Origin: Tubulanus polymorphus
Lineage: Eukaryota; Animalia; Nemertea
Reading direction: 5' to 3'
Assembly (NCBI RefSeq): GCF_964204645.1
Contig: NC_134033.1
Location: 1,756,131 to 1,820,130, forward strand
Length of the DNA stretch: 64,000 nucleotides
Shown: one piece after another, positions 34,226-48,171 of the stretch
Numbering within the stretch: the first letter of the stretch is position 1
Layout of the letters: each line of letters opens with the position of its first letter
Notes under the pieces: generated by a model
Told to the model about the DNA's origin: nothing
Seen by the model: the letters and a program-made list of their open reading frames with translations, nothing else
Databases searched by the model: none
Made by a program: the position numbers and the translations under genes

Positions 34226-35087
34226 TCGTTTCGCGTGATTCTAGTCAAGTCTTCGTCGTCGTCTTCCCTTCGCTATAGGGGGCGCTGTGTGTGTCGTGTA
34301 AGTCGATTCATTCCGATTTTCTCAAATTGCGGCCGAATTTTTTTTGATTTTTCTGCGTCTATTGTTTGCGCGATGACGACGCTTTGTGGCTTCAACAAGA
34401 TACGTGATGTTTGTACAAAGAAAAATTGGCTTCGAAATAAACCTGGGACTGTTTTATAGACTTGGTATCAAATCCCAGCCCAACTCCCAGTTCTACAGTA
34501 CTGGCAGTTGACCCTTAATCCAGTTCCACAGTTGTGTGGGTTTAATTTGACCCCTGAACCAGTTCCACAACTGTATGGGTTTGACTCTGGAACCAGTTCT
34601 ACAGTTGTGGGGGATTAATTTGACTCCGTATCCAGTCCAACAGTTGTGGGGGATTAATCTGTCTCTGGATCCAGGGTCACAGTTGCGTGGGATTAATTTG
34701 TTCCTGGATAAAATTCCACATTTGTTTGTAACCACCAGACAACACGCAGCTGATTGGTTTCAAGTTTTTGGATTCGAAAAATAGAAACCAAAATGGGCTT
34801 AACTCGCTGCGGAAAAAGGCCCGGGAGTTTATAGGTTTTACCCAGTCTATAAAACCAGCCCCTCTACGCGCACTTTCTGACGATTAAGTGAAGTAAGCAA
34901 TCAGATGTGAAAGGGTTAATGATTATTTTTGTAAATAAGTAAATGTGCCGCTATCATCGCGCTGAATTTGTCGAAGTGAAAAACTATTTGAGTCGTTAAA
35001 AACATTCTGAGAGCTAAAACTGATTATGATAATATATTCCAGTAATGTTGATTTCTAAATAATTCAGTTCTTGGTTTGTTTTTGGAT

Positions 35088-35285
35088 TCCGTCTGTGCCC
35101 CTTGTATCCGTCTGCTCTGTTCCCCTTGTATCCGTCTGCTATTCAAATTCCCCCTTTTTCTGCTCTGCTCCCCTTTTATTCATCTGTTCTGCACCCCTTG
35201 TTTTTGCTCTGCTCCCCTTGTGTCCGTCTGCTCTGCTCCCCTTGTATCTGTCTGCTGTTCCCCTTGTTTTTGCTCTGCCCCCCCA
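35088..35285. repeat. ~24-bp CT-rich minisatellite
   Basis: Unit ctctgctccccttgtatccgtctg and variants. Confidence 0.8.
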
Positions 35286-35754
35286 TCTAGTTACATGAAA
35301 TTGAAGAAAGACCCAATTTCCAATTAAATGAGTGTCAATTTGTAGGTTTACTATCTTTCTTGATGAAGAAGGAAGGCTGGGCCTGGACCCCTACATCCGC
35401 CTCTGCTCGGGTTCCATAGTCTCCATCAAAAAAGTCTCAAATCTCAAGATACTGTACAAAATAGTAGACGATTCTTTATTCATAGAAAAATTACAATTAC
35501 AATAAATACAGAATGTTCACTTCATGATCATTCAGATCGACACTTTCCGAGAAAACCACCTTCACGGTATTTGAACTAAGAAGAAGTTTTCAAACAGCTC
35601 AATATCCGGTACATCAAACTATGTCGGCACTTTCCGAACAACATTTCCTCCCAAACTCGAACCAGAGTTCTCCGGAGTAAACTGTTTATTGAGGTTGGCC
35701 CCAATAACCCGTGTGTCATATACGTACAGTCCTTCAACTTCAATCCGTCTGCCG

Positions 35755-38700
35755 TTAAACTGCTGATAGTTGAGGAAACGGATTTTGTTTACTGACGACA
35801 AGTTTCTGATGTTGATGACTGATGTAGCCTTTTATTCGACCCTGAAACAAAAAACAAATTTCAAAATCATATTCTTCGGTTTCGGTAGCCATCGCCTCAT
35901 CACAGATACTTGAGATCAAAGGATTTCAAGTAAAACCAGGATCCAGTTCCACAGTTATGAGTTAAGAGTTAACTCCGAGTTAAAATCAGATCATTTTCAA
36001 TGAGTCAAATCTTAACTCGCAACTGTGGAACTGGGACTTGGTCTCTCTTCGAAGACCTCACATTTTATTAAAAAGTTTTTGAATTTTTGCTGAAAAACTG
36101 ATCCATCTTAATTGACCCACTTTAATAAGTTCAGTACTTACTTCATAGATAAGATTAGCCACAATGCAACAGACCTCATCACTGTCAATATCTTCAACCT
36201 TAAAAAACAAAAATAATTTTTTATTTTCCTAATTTTCAATTTTCTACGTGCTTTAGTACGAAGTACCTCAAATCGCGAGACATACCTTCATCATTTTCAA
36301 GGCGACCACGAAAGCGTCGATGGGCAGTTGATGGGTTCCCATTATCGCGTACCTAAAAATAAGATTGCAGATAACGCAGGATTTAAGTCTCAAAACGTAT
36401 CCTTCGTTTAGAGAATAGGAAAGAATATAAAAGAGTGAATTGGAAAAGCAACTTTGAAAATCCACAATCCACACTCCAGGAGCCAAATCTTAAAAAGGTC
36501 GGACATATTTTCTCGCTGTAACATTAGGAAAAGATCTTACACTTTTTTGAATAGATTTCGATACGTGATGATTTTCAGTTTTTCCAGGATCAGATAAATT
36601 CCGGATTTGATGAAAAATACTTCGTGTTTCTGCAACGCGTCGTTTAATTGCAGCAAATTACCAGTACTAGAAAAAATATAGTTAAATATTACTTCTGGAC
36701 TGCATCATCCAACTCAGTCTCAAGTCAAATTACAACCTAAAATCATCTCATTTGAAAATCTTTGTTTTAATACATTTACCTGACGGCTTTTGAAACGTCT
36801 ATAAATTGAGTAAGATCGTATTTTTTCAGTATTTCTAGTGTCGGCATATGACCCTGTAAACATGAAACATGTACATGTTTAAAGGGTGACATGCACATGT
36901 CGAATCATCTACATATCCACATGTTACGTTAATTATAGCGTCTGCTACTTACGAGCAACATTTTCACGGGCAGAAGATAAATCAGAATGAGGCGTTTGTT
37001 GACTTTTGAGGATTTGTGACACCGGTCGAACGCGAACATCAAACAATCCTCGGCTAGAGAAAGATATGAGCAGAATTTAGGATTAAGGAACTTACGGCGA
37101 GAAACTTGATGAAAATAAAAGGCAGGGGTCCAAAACTCCTCTCCCTATTTTCACTATTGAATACCTGTTTTAAAGTCGCCATCAAACATGGCCTTCCTTC
37201 CAACATAATATCTGAAATTTAAATCAAAATAGATGTATTTATTCAGATATTTAAAACCCGAATGATGCGTAATGTCAGTGCGCCCAACCCCTCAGGAGGT
37301 TCAACTCAATTGACTGTAACCAGAGTTTAACACTTTCACTGCATCTACACTGCACGGCGGGGTATTAATCGGTGATGGACTTTGCTAATACACCACGATG
37401 CGGTGTATTGGTGTTATTGGTTATTCTAAACATTTCTATTGATAGAAAGCAACACCTGTCAAACATAGTGAAATATTAGTAACTTACAATACACCGCACC
37501 ACAGTGTAGATAGCGGTATTATCTAGACAAACTGCAGTGGAATTTCTTTATTTTCAAATTATCTCCTGCATTTTCAATATTATTAACCATTCAGCTCTGA
37601 AAGATTTAAACCCCCCGGGCTCAAGTTAAACCCAGTTCACGCGGTGTATGCAGTACCTGTAGGTGATTAGTTGAGACAGAGAGAATTCATCTTTCATCGG
37701 CAGCGAGTCGACCGCCCGGATCAACGGTTTACACAAATGCATTTTATTGATCTGAAATTAACAACTAATTCTAACGACACGTAACGTGAAGGGGTCGACT
37801 TCGATCGGAGCGCGAAACACCATTTTCATACCGACCTTAAAATATATTTTGAATAGCTGATTGACGAGATGTAACATTCCCCATTTCTTCGAATCTTCAG
37901 ATGCAGCGCGACTGTAAATATTTCAAGAAAATTCTTTTTTCTCTCGTTTTAACGAGAAATAAAAAAAACAACCTAAATCATTAAATCGTGCCAATATTGG
38001 TTTTATGAAGTTTTGGATGAATTTTTGTCTTTATAAAACTCTTACTTGTCACTAGCACAAATTCGGAAACAGCCCATAATCAGGTCGGCAGCTTTCTCTA
38101 AAGTTTCGCCCGGCTTTCCACGACCTTTTTTAGTCAATTGAATATCGGCCTGTTTTCACAGAAAAAAATTGATTGAATTGATTTACGATGAATTGAAGTG
38201 ATGGAGAAATTGAATAGATTTACGAGTTTAATCTTTTCAACGAAATATAACTTGGTCAAAATTTGATTAGGCCTACATGTACACAGCAGGTTTGCAATGT
38301 TCATGGAAAATGAACTGATTTGAACTGGGTCAAATCAAACTTCCGAAAAAACTAAGCCACCATCGGCAGCATTATCTCAAAGCATCGCTGAACTCTGGCA
38401 AGGGAGGATGAGGAACTTACGCTGTTGGCGAACAGTCTCAAATCCAGACACACGACGAACATCACCGGTAACGACCAATTCTCATCTTTCTGACTCGATA
38501 ACGCTTTAGTGTACGCCCTGTGATAGTTCATCGTTAAACGAAATTAACATAGAGGCAGCTAGTTTTACAGTGAGTTACACAGTCTACACTTAGATCTAAG
38601 ACCAGTCTAAGCTAATTCTAGTTCTAAAGCCAATCTAACAACTTAATTCCAGTCTTAAGTCATTTTGGTTCTATGACCAATCTAACAACTTAAGACCAGT

Positions 38701-39816
38701 CTTAAGTCATTTTGGTTCTATAACCAATCTAACAACTTAAGACCAGTCTTAAGTCATTGTGGTTCTATAACCAATCTAACAACTTAAGACCAGTCTTAAG
38801 TCATTTTGGTTCTATAAACTGATGTAAAAAGTTGAGACCAGCCTCATTTTGTTTCTATAACCAATAATCTAATAAGACCAGTCTACATGTAAAAATAGAC
38901 CTGGACTTTAGTCACGACTGTGTAACTGGAGTCATGGCTCAGATTTGAGACCAGTCTAAAACGAACTTAGTTCTAATTCAACAAATTAAGATTTCTTAAG
39001 TCTTAAGATTTAAGAGCACTTTTAGACTTTTTAGTCATGAGTGGCACAAGGATGGGCCAGTTGCACAGTCGCGCCTTAAGTCCAAAAGTGCTCTTAAATC
39101 TTCAGACTGGTCTTAAGTTGTTAGATTGTCTATAGAACTAAGTTGGTCTTAGACTGGTCTTAAGTCTAAGCCATGACTTGGCAACCAGCCCGTGGTTTGT
39201 TAAGTCGAAGCTAAGGTTAGGACACGTAAAACCCTTAAGTCTAATTTAGGGATTCAGGTTAAAGAAATAAAAGGATACTGTACGAGGACTGTTTGACAGG
39301 TGTAGGCTTCGATGAAATCATGATCGTTCACGGCCCAGGTACATCTGAAAAAAAGCAAAACAACCAAAAATTACGGTAATTTCAACTCGAGATTGGTCGA
39401 TAGAAATTACATTCGCGGCGGAGTTTCTGAATTTACCGTAAATGAGCAGCGACGATCTCCTCCCACAGAGGATCGAAACATCTTTGTTCGACCTGTGATT
39501 CGGGATTCGGTAAATGCAGCCGATAGTTGGCTATGTGAGGATCTTTGAACGACAATAGTTCCTGTGAGCGAGGAATAAAAAAGTTTTGAAGTTAATTTTG
39601 GATATTTTTAAAGACAATTCAGGAACCATTTTCGTCAATTTACCGATAAAGCTAATCCGTCTCTTTCAGCTAAACTATCTTCAAGCTAAAAAGATTAAAT
39701 AAGCAAAATATTGAAATCAGTTTTAGTCGACCCATTTCGGTAATTAGTACGAGTGATGGAGTGAAAAATCGATATTCTACCTGTTTTAAATAGTTGTTTA
39801 AAGACAAAGTCACCAT
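35755..39816 (-). CDS. PCID2: PCI domain-containing protein 2 (TREX-2 / Thp1 homologue), 399 aa, 15 exons
   Basis: Exons (minus): 39816-39781, 39685-39644, 39561-39437, 39344-39279, 38517-38421, 38149-38046, 37911-37836, 37751-37657, 37211-37165, 37053-36953, 36853-36780, 36666-36541, 36352-36286, 36198-36142, 35841-35755 (1200 nt). Motifs [32 protein letters not shown] and [20 protein letters not shown]. Confidence 0.95.
38518..39278 (-). other. U12-type GT-AG intron (PCID2 intron 4)
   Basis: 5' splice site GTATCCTTTT on minus at 39278; imperfect branch TTCGTTTAAC ~15 nt before the CAG; no polypyrimidine tract. Confidence 0.8.
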
Positions 39817-40378
39817 TTTATCGCGAGTTAAGACCCGAAGATTGCGAAAATTGAGCTTTTAGAGTTTTTATGCCCCTATAGACGAGAAAATCAACTTTGA
39901 GGCGAAGCGGTTTAGATTTTTTATTCCGAAGATATGATCAACGACCTTGAGATTTACGGCGAAGAGATGGCCGTATTTCTACTAGGAAAAGAATAGGATG
40001 TCTTAAATAACCTAGGAATCGTAATATCATTTTAAATTTATTTTCACGGAAAAGCGTAACATTATTACAAGTTAGAAAATATATAAATTTACAAAATAAA
40101 TCGCTGCAACGCTGTTAGTGTTGGTGCGGTAGATTTGAGTGAGGAACTGACGATGGCCAAAAATCAAGATCACATCTCCTCGAAATGATACCATGTAAAT
40201 TACGTAAGAAGCAATGAATTAAATTTTCAGGCATCTATATGCAAGAAAAAAATTAGTTTAGGTTGCTTGAAAAGAAACAATAAATCGCATTGAATGGGAT
40301 TCGAACCCACATTCAGCGACCAACATTAATTCAAATTTAGAATTTATTGACTCTTCATTAGCACCTGACGTTGCGAAA
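39817..40378. promoter_or_regulatory. Bidirectional promoter region PCID2(-)/TXNDC17(+)
   Basis: Start codons are 562 bp apart, head-to-head; YY1-like GATGGC motifs near 39966 and 40152. Confidence 0.5.
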
Positions 40379-42373
40379 ATGTCTAAAGCCAAGCAAATAG
40401 GAGTAAATAGCCTGGACGAATTGATGAAAGCGGTCGATGACAACAAGGAGAAGCTATTGTTCGTATTATTTACAGGTGCCGCTGATCCGGCGTCTGGTGA
40501 AAGCTGGTGCCCCGATTGCGTAAAAGGTAAATTTCAACAGAGCCAAAAAAATTAAATTGGCCCAAAAAAAGCCGCGGAAGAGGACCCCGGTCCGGCGGAA
40601 CAATCTTAGGCCTAACAATGGCAACGGTTTTACGTCTAAATTTATATTTTTTATCTTTTATTTTTTAAGTACGGTAATATATTTTTATTCCCCAGGTTGA
40701 AAATATGCAGAGCCAAACACAAAAGCGTCAAACTGCATTTTTGAATTAGACTAATCATTAATTTTATGCTGTTTCTGTTGAAAGTGTTTAATATTTTCAG
40801 TTCCCAAGTCAATCCTATAATTAATCTATTTATTTTGCAGCTGATCCTGTGATTGAACGAAATTTGGCTCATCTTCCCGAAGATTCTGTGTTTGTTAAAT
40901 GCATAGTTGGCGACCGCCCAACGTAAGTCACTTGTAGCTCAACCGGCACCCCCACAACCCTCCCCCTTTCAATAAACCAGTCAGCCGCATAAACCACATG
41001 GGCTCGCATTTGAAGCTTGGGGCTGAAGATCGCTTAGATCGTCCAATATCCAAGGTACTTTCTTTTTATTGAGTAGGCCTACCTTAGATATTGGATGATC
41101 TAAGCAACAGTTCACCTTCAAACTTCAAATTCGAGCCTCTGTTGCATAAACCATCTGATTTTAGGCTAGGAAATGATACCTGTTTCTCCTAATTAATTTG
41201 TTTGTGATTGTGTTGTGATTTTTTGTTTTTAACTTTTTTTCTCCAGGTGGAAAGATCCTCAAAATGAATTTCGTAAGCACCCGAAAACGTTGATAAAAGG
41301 AATTCCAACTCTGCTGAAATGGGGCACTGTAAGTACATAGTTCCTCCGGAGGCTGGAGCCGGAGCGACACGAGGAACCTCTTGATAAGAAACAGTCCTCA
41401 CTGAGGATATCTTATAATTTAATCAGGCAATTTGAATTTTTGGTGTCTTGTTGTTCTTGCTGGTGACGAGTGGCACGAGGAACCTCTTGATAAGAAACAG
41501 TCCTCACTGAGGATATCTTATAATTTAATCAGGCAATTTGAATTTTTGGTGTCTTGTTGTTCTTGCTGGTGACGAGTGGCACGAGGAACCTCTTGATAAG
41601 AAACAGTCCTCACTGAGGATATCTTATAATTTAATCAGGCAATTTGAATTTTTGGTGTCTTGTTGTTCTTGCTGGTGACGAGTGGCACGAGGAACCTCTT
41701 GATAAGAAACAGTCCTCACTGAGGATATCTTATAATTTAATCAGGCAATTTGAATTTTTGGTGTCTTGTTGTTCTTGCTGGTGACGAGTGGCACGAGGAA
41801 CCTCTTGATAAGAAACAGTCCTCACTGAGGATATCTTATAATTTAATCAGGCAATTTGAATTTTTGGTGTCTTGTTGTTCTTGCTGGTGATGAGTGGCAC
41901 GAGGAACCTCTTGATAAGAAACAGCCTTCACTGAGGATATCTTATAATTTAATCAGGCAATTTGAATTTTTGGTGTCTTGTTGTTCTTGCTGGTGACGAG
42001 TGGCACGAGGAACCTCTTGATAAGAAACAGCCCTCACTGAGGATATCTTATAATTTAATGAGGGAATTTGAATTTTTGGTGACGAGTGGCACGAGGAACC
42101 TCTTGATAAGAAACGGCCCTCACTTAGGATATCTTATGATATAATCAGGGAATTTTTGGTCAAGGGTCAGATGAATATCAGGGAATTTCGCATTCCATGA
42201 TATATTGTAAGAACCCTGAATAATGTTGATCTAGATCAACCAAACTGAAGTATTTGTAAAAAAACTGAAATGATTCAAATTCAAACTGATGTTTATTCCT
42301 GCAGGCTGAACGGTTAGGTGATTCACAGTGCGCTAACGATGATTTGGTGAAGATGTTGTTTACAGATGAATAA
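40379..42373 (+). CDS. TXNDC17: Thioredoxin domain-containing protein 17 (TRP14), 126 aa
   Basis: join(40379..40526,40841..40922,41247..41328,42305..42373), 381 nt. Active site SWCPDC, VGDRPTWKDPQNEFR, IPTLLKWG. Confidence 0.95.
41371..42140. repeat. 106-bp tandem satellite, ~7 near-identical copies; inverted array of the same unit at ~55545-56050
   Basis: Units begin gaggaacctcttgataagaaacag at 41371, 41477, 41583, 41689, 41795, 41901, 42007. Confidence 0.92.
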
Positions 42374-42900
42374 TTCTGTGCCGGAGCTCGACAGGAAACA
42401 AATAAAAACCTTTAGCAAAATAATCCATTCCTTGTATGAAATATTGGTTTTTAAACCGCATACCGAGTATCGTTTTGGTGCTGTCTGAAAATAAAACTGG
42501 TATTTATCTCAATTACATCGAAAATCATTTGTCTTTTCTTTACTTCTGTGGAAAACTGGATCTTGGATTTAACTAACTCACAACTGGGATAGTCCACCAG
42601 GGTTAATTCTAGCCGTGCACAAACTGTGTGACTGGAGAGTTAACTAACTCACAACTGTGAAAATGGATCTTGATTACTTATTTGCCGGACTGATATGTCA
42701 CGAGCTTATATTCAGGTGAGGCACGTGAGAATTCACTGAACTGTGACGATTTTCTGCCGTGATTGGTACCGACAAACCGATGACCGTCAGGTGCTGCCGC
42801 GACGGCCGATTCGTTAACTAATGCGGAAGTGAATTGAACCGGGGAAATCCGAAATCATTTTTTGGGGCTGAAAATAATTCAGTTATTTGCAGTTTAGTCG

Positions 42901-45900
42901 ATGATGGACGCGTTTTTTAAAGGTGGACGACCGTCTGCGCCTAAAGAGAAAACAGACAAATCTAAAACTGAACCGAAACATGTTCCGTGGGTCGAGAAAT
43001 AGTAAGTGAAATTTGAAATACGCCATAGGTCGGCCTAAAAATTGAAAGTAACGAGTGTCTACGACTACGTGCTCTGAACTCTATACTATGTCTAGGCCCG
43101 TCGGTTTCGAATGAACCCCCCTCCCCACAAAAAGAAGGTCTGCAGTAATGTAAGGGTCTGTGGGCGTGGCCGTGCTGTAGGCGAAAAAAATGCTGATTTA
43201 GTTTAGTTAGGTCCACTAGTAGTGCCGTGGTTTAGCTTATATCGCACCCTTTTCACCCCTTGATTTTATTAGGCCCCACTTGATGATGATTTGTTTTTTG
43301 TTCAGTCGACCGCGAACCATCGACGACGTTGCTCAACAAGATGAAGTCGTTGCTGTCTTGAAGAAAACCCTTCAAGGATCAGATGTAAGTAGGACTAAGT
43401 GAACAAAATGAGTAAATTCCGACCTGCATGCCGAGCCCGGGTTTAACTTTTCCGTCTTATCGTTGGTAGGTGCCCAACATGTTGTTCTACGGGCCTCCGG
43501 GGACGGGAAAAACATCCACGATTCTAGCAGCGTCTCGTGAATTATTCGGGTAAGAACTCCTCATTGATTCGCCCTGAAATTAACCTTTTCAGTGCGTCTA
43601 CACCGCAGTGCGATGTATAAATCGATGATGGCCTTTGCTAGTACATCGCACCGTGGTGTAATATGTGATGTTATTAGAAATAAGTTTTTATGTGTATTGA
43701 AAGATGGCGACACCTGTCGAACAGTGACATATTAGTAAATAACAATACACCGCACCTCGGTGTAGACCAAGTATAGCCCAATTATGCCTCTTATACAACA
43801 CACTGAGGTGGAATTTTTCAAAAATTTTCAAATTATCTCCAACACTTTCATGTATTAATTAGTCAGCACTGAAAGGGTTAAACAAATTTTACTGATTGTC
43901 AGTTATTTTTGTGATAAATGATTTTGTGTTCTTTTTTTCACGGCAGTGCGGATATGTTTAAAAGTCGGATATTGGAATTAAACGCGTCGGACGAACGAGG
44001 AATCAACGTCGTACGCGAGAAAGTTAAAAATTTCTCCGAGGGAGCGGCGAGTTCAAAACGACCCGAGTAAGTTCACTAATCTGCCAACAGATGGCGCATC
44101 ATTGTTTTTGGGGGACGTGTAAAAATATTTCGTTCATGATATTTCTGCATTTTCTCATTCTAAATCATGACAAGAAAAATGTTTTCAAAATTGCATTGCT
44201 GCATCTTGTTGAAATTGATTTCAAAATTTCTATATTTCCAGCGGTAAACCGTGCCCGCCATTTAAAATCGTAATTCTCGACGAGGCGGATTCTATGACTA
44301 ACGCTGCCCAGGTAGGCTGCCTTTTACTCAATTTGAATCAGAGAGATCATCGTGAAATCGCTTGAGTTTGAATATTGTTAAATAAACCCTTTCAGTGCTG
44401 ACTAGTTAATAGCCTTTAGTGCTGGAGATAATTTGAAAATTTTTAAAAATTCCACCCTAGTGTGTTGAATAACGGGCATACCACTGTAGTGCGTCTACAC
44501 CGCGGTGCGATGTTACTCATATTACACTATGTTTGACAAGTGCTGCCATTTTTCAAGAGAGATAATTACTAATTACATCAATACACCGCAGTGCGGTGTA
44601 CTAGCAAAATCCATCCACTGATTTATACACCGCACTGCAAGGGTTAAACCCACATTGACCCCTCTGTCTCGAAAGCGGATCCGATAAACGATAGATAACA
44701 CTAATTGTAGGCGGCGTTGCGACGGACTATGGAGAAACAAACGCGTACGACTCGGTTCTGTCTGATCTGCAACTATGTGTCACGTATAATCGAACCGATC
44801 ACGTCGCGGTGCGCCAAGTTCCGTTTTAAACCGCTAGATGGCGTCGTGTTGGAGAATCGCCTGAAATACGTCGGCGGCAAAGAAGAAGTTAAATACACCG
44901 AACAGGTAAATATGGCCGCCTCTATGGATCCCCCTATGATGTCATCAAATTTATCTACACTCTCGACTAGCATAGCCTCTGTAAATATAGCCATATGGCC
45001 GCCTCTTATCAATCCCCCTATGATGTCATCAAATTCATCTAAACTCTCGACTAGCATAGATGGCTGCCTCTGTAAATCCCCCTATGACATCATCAAATTG
45101 ATCTAAAGGCCCTTCCAAGATGGGCGTCTGCCTTCACAAATCCCCTTATGTCATCAGTGTTTTTGATTAATTGGTCAATTGCATAAAGAGAGCTTATTTT
45201 ATTCATCCCCCTATGACATCATCGATGCTCTATAAACCCCCTATGATGCCATCCATCTAATTGCCTAAAAACTATCAGAAGAGATCACCGATCACTGCCT
45301 GCATTTTCATTGATAATTACCAACCCTTCTGGATCCAGTTCCACAGTTCCGAGTTAAGATTTGACTCTGAGTGAAAACATCGAAAATGAACTAATTTTAA
45401 CTCTAAGTTATCCCTAACTCACAACTGTGGAACTGGGCCTGGCTGGTAAAATGGCTACCACCGCCGTTAATTCCCCCTATGACATCGTTGTATTTTGCAG
45501 GCTATAAAGAAGTTGATGCAGGTGTCTGAAGGTGATCTACGTAAAGCGATCACGTTGTTACAAAGCGCTCATCGACTGAAAGGCGAAACGGGAATCGACG
45601 AGATCGATATCTCGGAAATTGCCGGAGTAAGTCGTGATGATCAACTGAGAAACTTTCTAAATTCTTCCTGAATTTTTGTACCATCCGCACTTCATCCGTA
45701 GAAGTCGAATGAAACACTCTTATTTGTGTACACTGTACATAATCGAATAGGTCCCACAATTCGAATTTTATATGAAATAATTTATTAAAACGAAACTACA
45801 ACATTTCGGCTGTTGACTGACATCAGGTGGAATGACCAGAAAACAGAAGTAACCTAGCATATAAACTTACGGGACTTCATCTGTATTTGTAGTTAGTTAC

Positions 45901-47476
45901 CTAATCCTTGGTGGTCAGCTTTTTATAATCGGATGGGCTTATACCAATATATGTGGTTTGTGAAAATATCCGATCGTGAAACTAAACCACAGTCAGGTTG
46001 CTGACTACTGTATTTGCAACTGTGTTGATAAAAAGTGAACTCGCTATTATTTTCCTTGCTGTAGACGTAATTAATTAATTAATTAGTTTGCGCTTGTTGT
46101 ACTCGTCTATAGGTAATACCCGATGAAGTAGTGTCCGATTTGGTAACGACCTGCGAATCAAACTCTTACGAAAAACTGGAAACGTGCGTCAAAGTGAGTA
46201 TCTAAATGAATCGGCGCCGAGAATGGCGTCGATTACCGGGAAATCTGGGGGGAAAAGTCGGGGAAATTTCGTTTCTTTAAACAAAGTCGGGAAATTTTGT
46301 AGAATAAGGCTAAAAATCTGGGAAAAGTCTAGAGAAATATGTTAGAATTGCTAGGCGTAAAATCAATCAAACAGTTTTTGTCTATGTTTTATGTATTTGA
46401 CTGTGTTAATTGATTGGATTCTTAGCAGATCAAATCATGGAAAACAACGAGTATGTCAGGGAAATTTGGTTAGATAGATATCTGTCTATGTTTTACATAT
46501 TTGACTGTGTTAATTAATTGGATTCTTAGCAAATTAAGTCAGGGAAGACAATGCGCATGTCAGGGAATAGTCTGGGAAATTTGGTTAGATAGATTGCGCA
46601 TAAAATCAAAGAAATTCGGTTTATATTTTTTTAAGTATTTGTTTGTGTTAATTAATTGGATTCTTAGCAGATCAAGTTAGGGAAGACAATGCGCATGTCA
46701 GGGAATAGTCAGGGGGAAAAGCATGAAAAAATCAAAATGGCCACCGTCCCTGTATCGGCAGAATTTTCCAGAAATGCGAGGGCCGGGTCCGGGGAGTTGA
46801 ATGGAATTAATCAGTGTATGATTTCCCCGTTTGTTGTAGAATCTAATCGCGGAAGGTCATTCGGCGTACACGTTGATTAATCAACTTCACGATGTCATCG
46901 TCTTTAAAAACGAGCTCAACGACCATCAGAAATCAGTGATCTGCGAAAAAATCGGGGTAACTATTAATAAGGGATCATTCATTTATTACCATTAGGGGAG
47001 GGGGAAGGGGTCAGTGCAATTGCGCACTGTAATGCTTAATGTATATGAAAAAATGGCCGATTTTGCATACAGAGGGGGAGGGGGGTTGAAAAAGTGAAAT
47101 TTTATGTGTACGTAATAAATGAATGATCCCTAAGGGTATTAACATTTGACTAGAGATAACTCAATGTTTGAACCCAGCTTTAACTCAGGGCCCAGTTACG
47201 CAAAAAAGTTTAAGCCTAAAATGGTTAAGTTTGAAGTGTTGTCCTCATTGAAAAACATTAAGTAACCAAAATAGCAATCAAACAAAAAATCGATTTTAAC
47301 TTTTCTCGAAGTGTTGTATTAACTAGTTTCAGGGTTATTTCAAGGTTAGTTATTTGTTGGTTGTTACGTTGTAGGTCGTCGACAAGCGTCTGATGGACGG
47401 AGCGGACGAATATTTACAAGTAATGGATCTCGGTTCGGTGATCATGCAACAAATCTGTTCGCCGGATAAAAAATAA
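42901..47476 (+). CDS. RFC4: Replication factor C subunit 4 (37 kDa), ~356 aa, 10 exons
   Basis: join(42901..43001,43306..43384,43470..43549,43947..44066,44242..44311,44711..44905,45501..45626,46113..46193,46840..46956,47375..47476), 1071 nt. PWVEKYRP, Walker [42 protein letters not shown] motif. Confidence 0.96.
43584..43877. mobile_element. piggyBac-like MITE family C (also 44387-44643, 37331-37605, ~26380-26620, ~59950-60410)
   Basis: TTAA|CCTTTTCAGTGC ... GCACTGAAAGGG|TTAA; internal palindromes of type tacaccgcagtgcggtgta. Confidence 0.8.
45330..45440. mobile_element. Family-B short MITE (also ~3270-3432, 35940-36036, 42550-42670)
   Basis: TIR ccagttccacagtt(c/g)(c/t)gagtta ... taactcacaactgtggaactgg. 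Confidence 0.6.
46971..47130. mobile_element. Tourist/PIF-Harbinger-like MITE with TAA TSD
   Basis: TAA|GGGATCATTCATTTATTAC ... GTAATAAATGAATGATCCC|TAA. Confidence 0.8.
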
Positions 47477-48171
47477 ATCGAGAGCGTTCAAATCAAGCGC
47501 TGAGAAAAAATATCAGTTAGCTGTAACGAAGCATTTATGTATATAGTTGAAAATAAAACATTTGTATAAAATGATCTTATAGAATTGTTTGAAAATTTGT
47601 ACGGGCTGAAAGGTTTTATGGTTGATATTGACCCTCCCCGATTAGGAGGGGCATTCTTTATAAGTTGCCTACCCTACACATGGTTTGTAGCTAGTCTATT
47701 AAGAGCTACTTTTCGCGAGAAAGTGTTATTTTTTTTACTTGAACAAGTTTTTGAAAATGTCACATTCGTAATTCTGATACTTAGTGTTGATCAAATAATC
47801 AAAAGCTAAGGACACTGATCACTTCTGGGCAATTGATTCGTCCTAGCTCTTGAAACAGCATAGATATACATGTACTGTCAAAATGATACGTCAAATTTTT
47901 ACCCGTCAAAGTTACACTTTAAAAATGACCCTTCAACTCTGCGTAAAAATGCATTTCAAAAGATCATATTTGGCGCGTCGAATCCGATCTTGGATTTACT
48001 ATCAGAACCGAGGTCATCATCGTGGATATTCTGTCAAAAGACTGTATTCATTTGATGCTACAAAATTGATATTGTAGATATTCTGTCACTGGTGAAGTTC
48101 CCAACCCATGTGAAGTGTGGACACACGTGAAATGGAAGAATGATGTCTCCTGTGTGAGTTACATATTCCTA

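Noticed and set aside
40290-40320. tRNA T-arm/B-box-like fragments (GGTTCGAATCC; also at ~58180) and an A-box-like TGGCTCAGTGG at ~57186
   Set aside because: No complete cloverleaf or correctly spaced partner box; not tRNA genes.
41371-42140. Regularly spaced repeats resembling a CRISPR array (also 9407-9800 and 18925-19320)
   Set aside because: Contiguous tandem units with no unique spacers, no cas genes, and eukaryotic intronic context.
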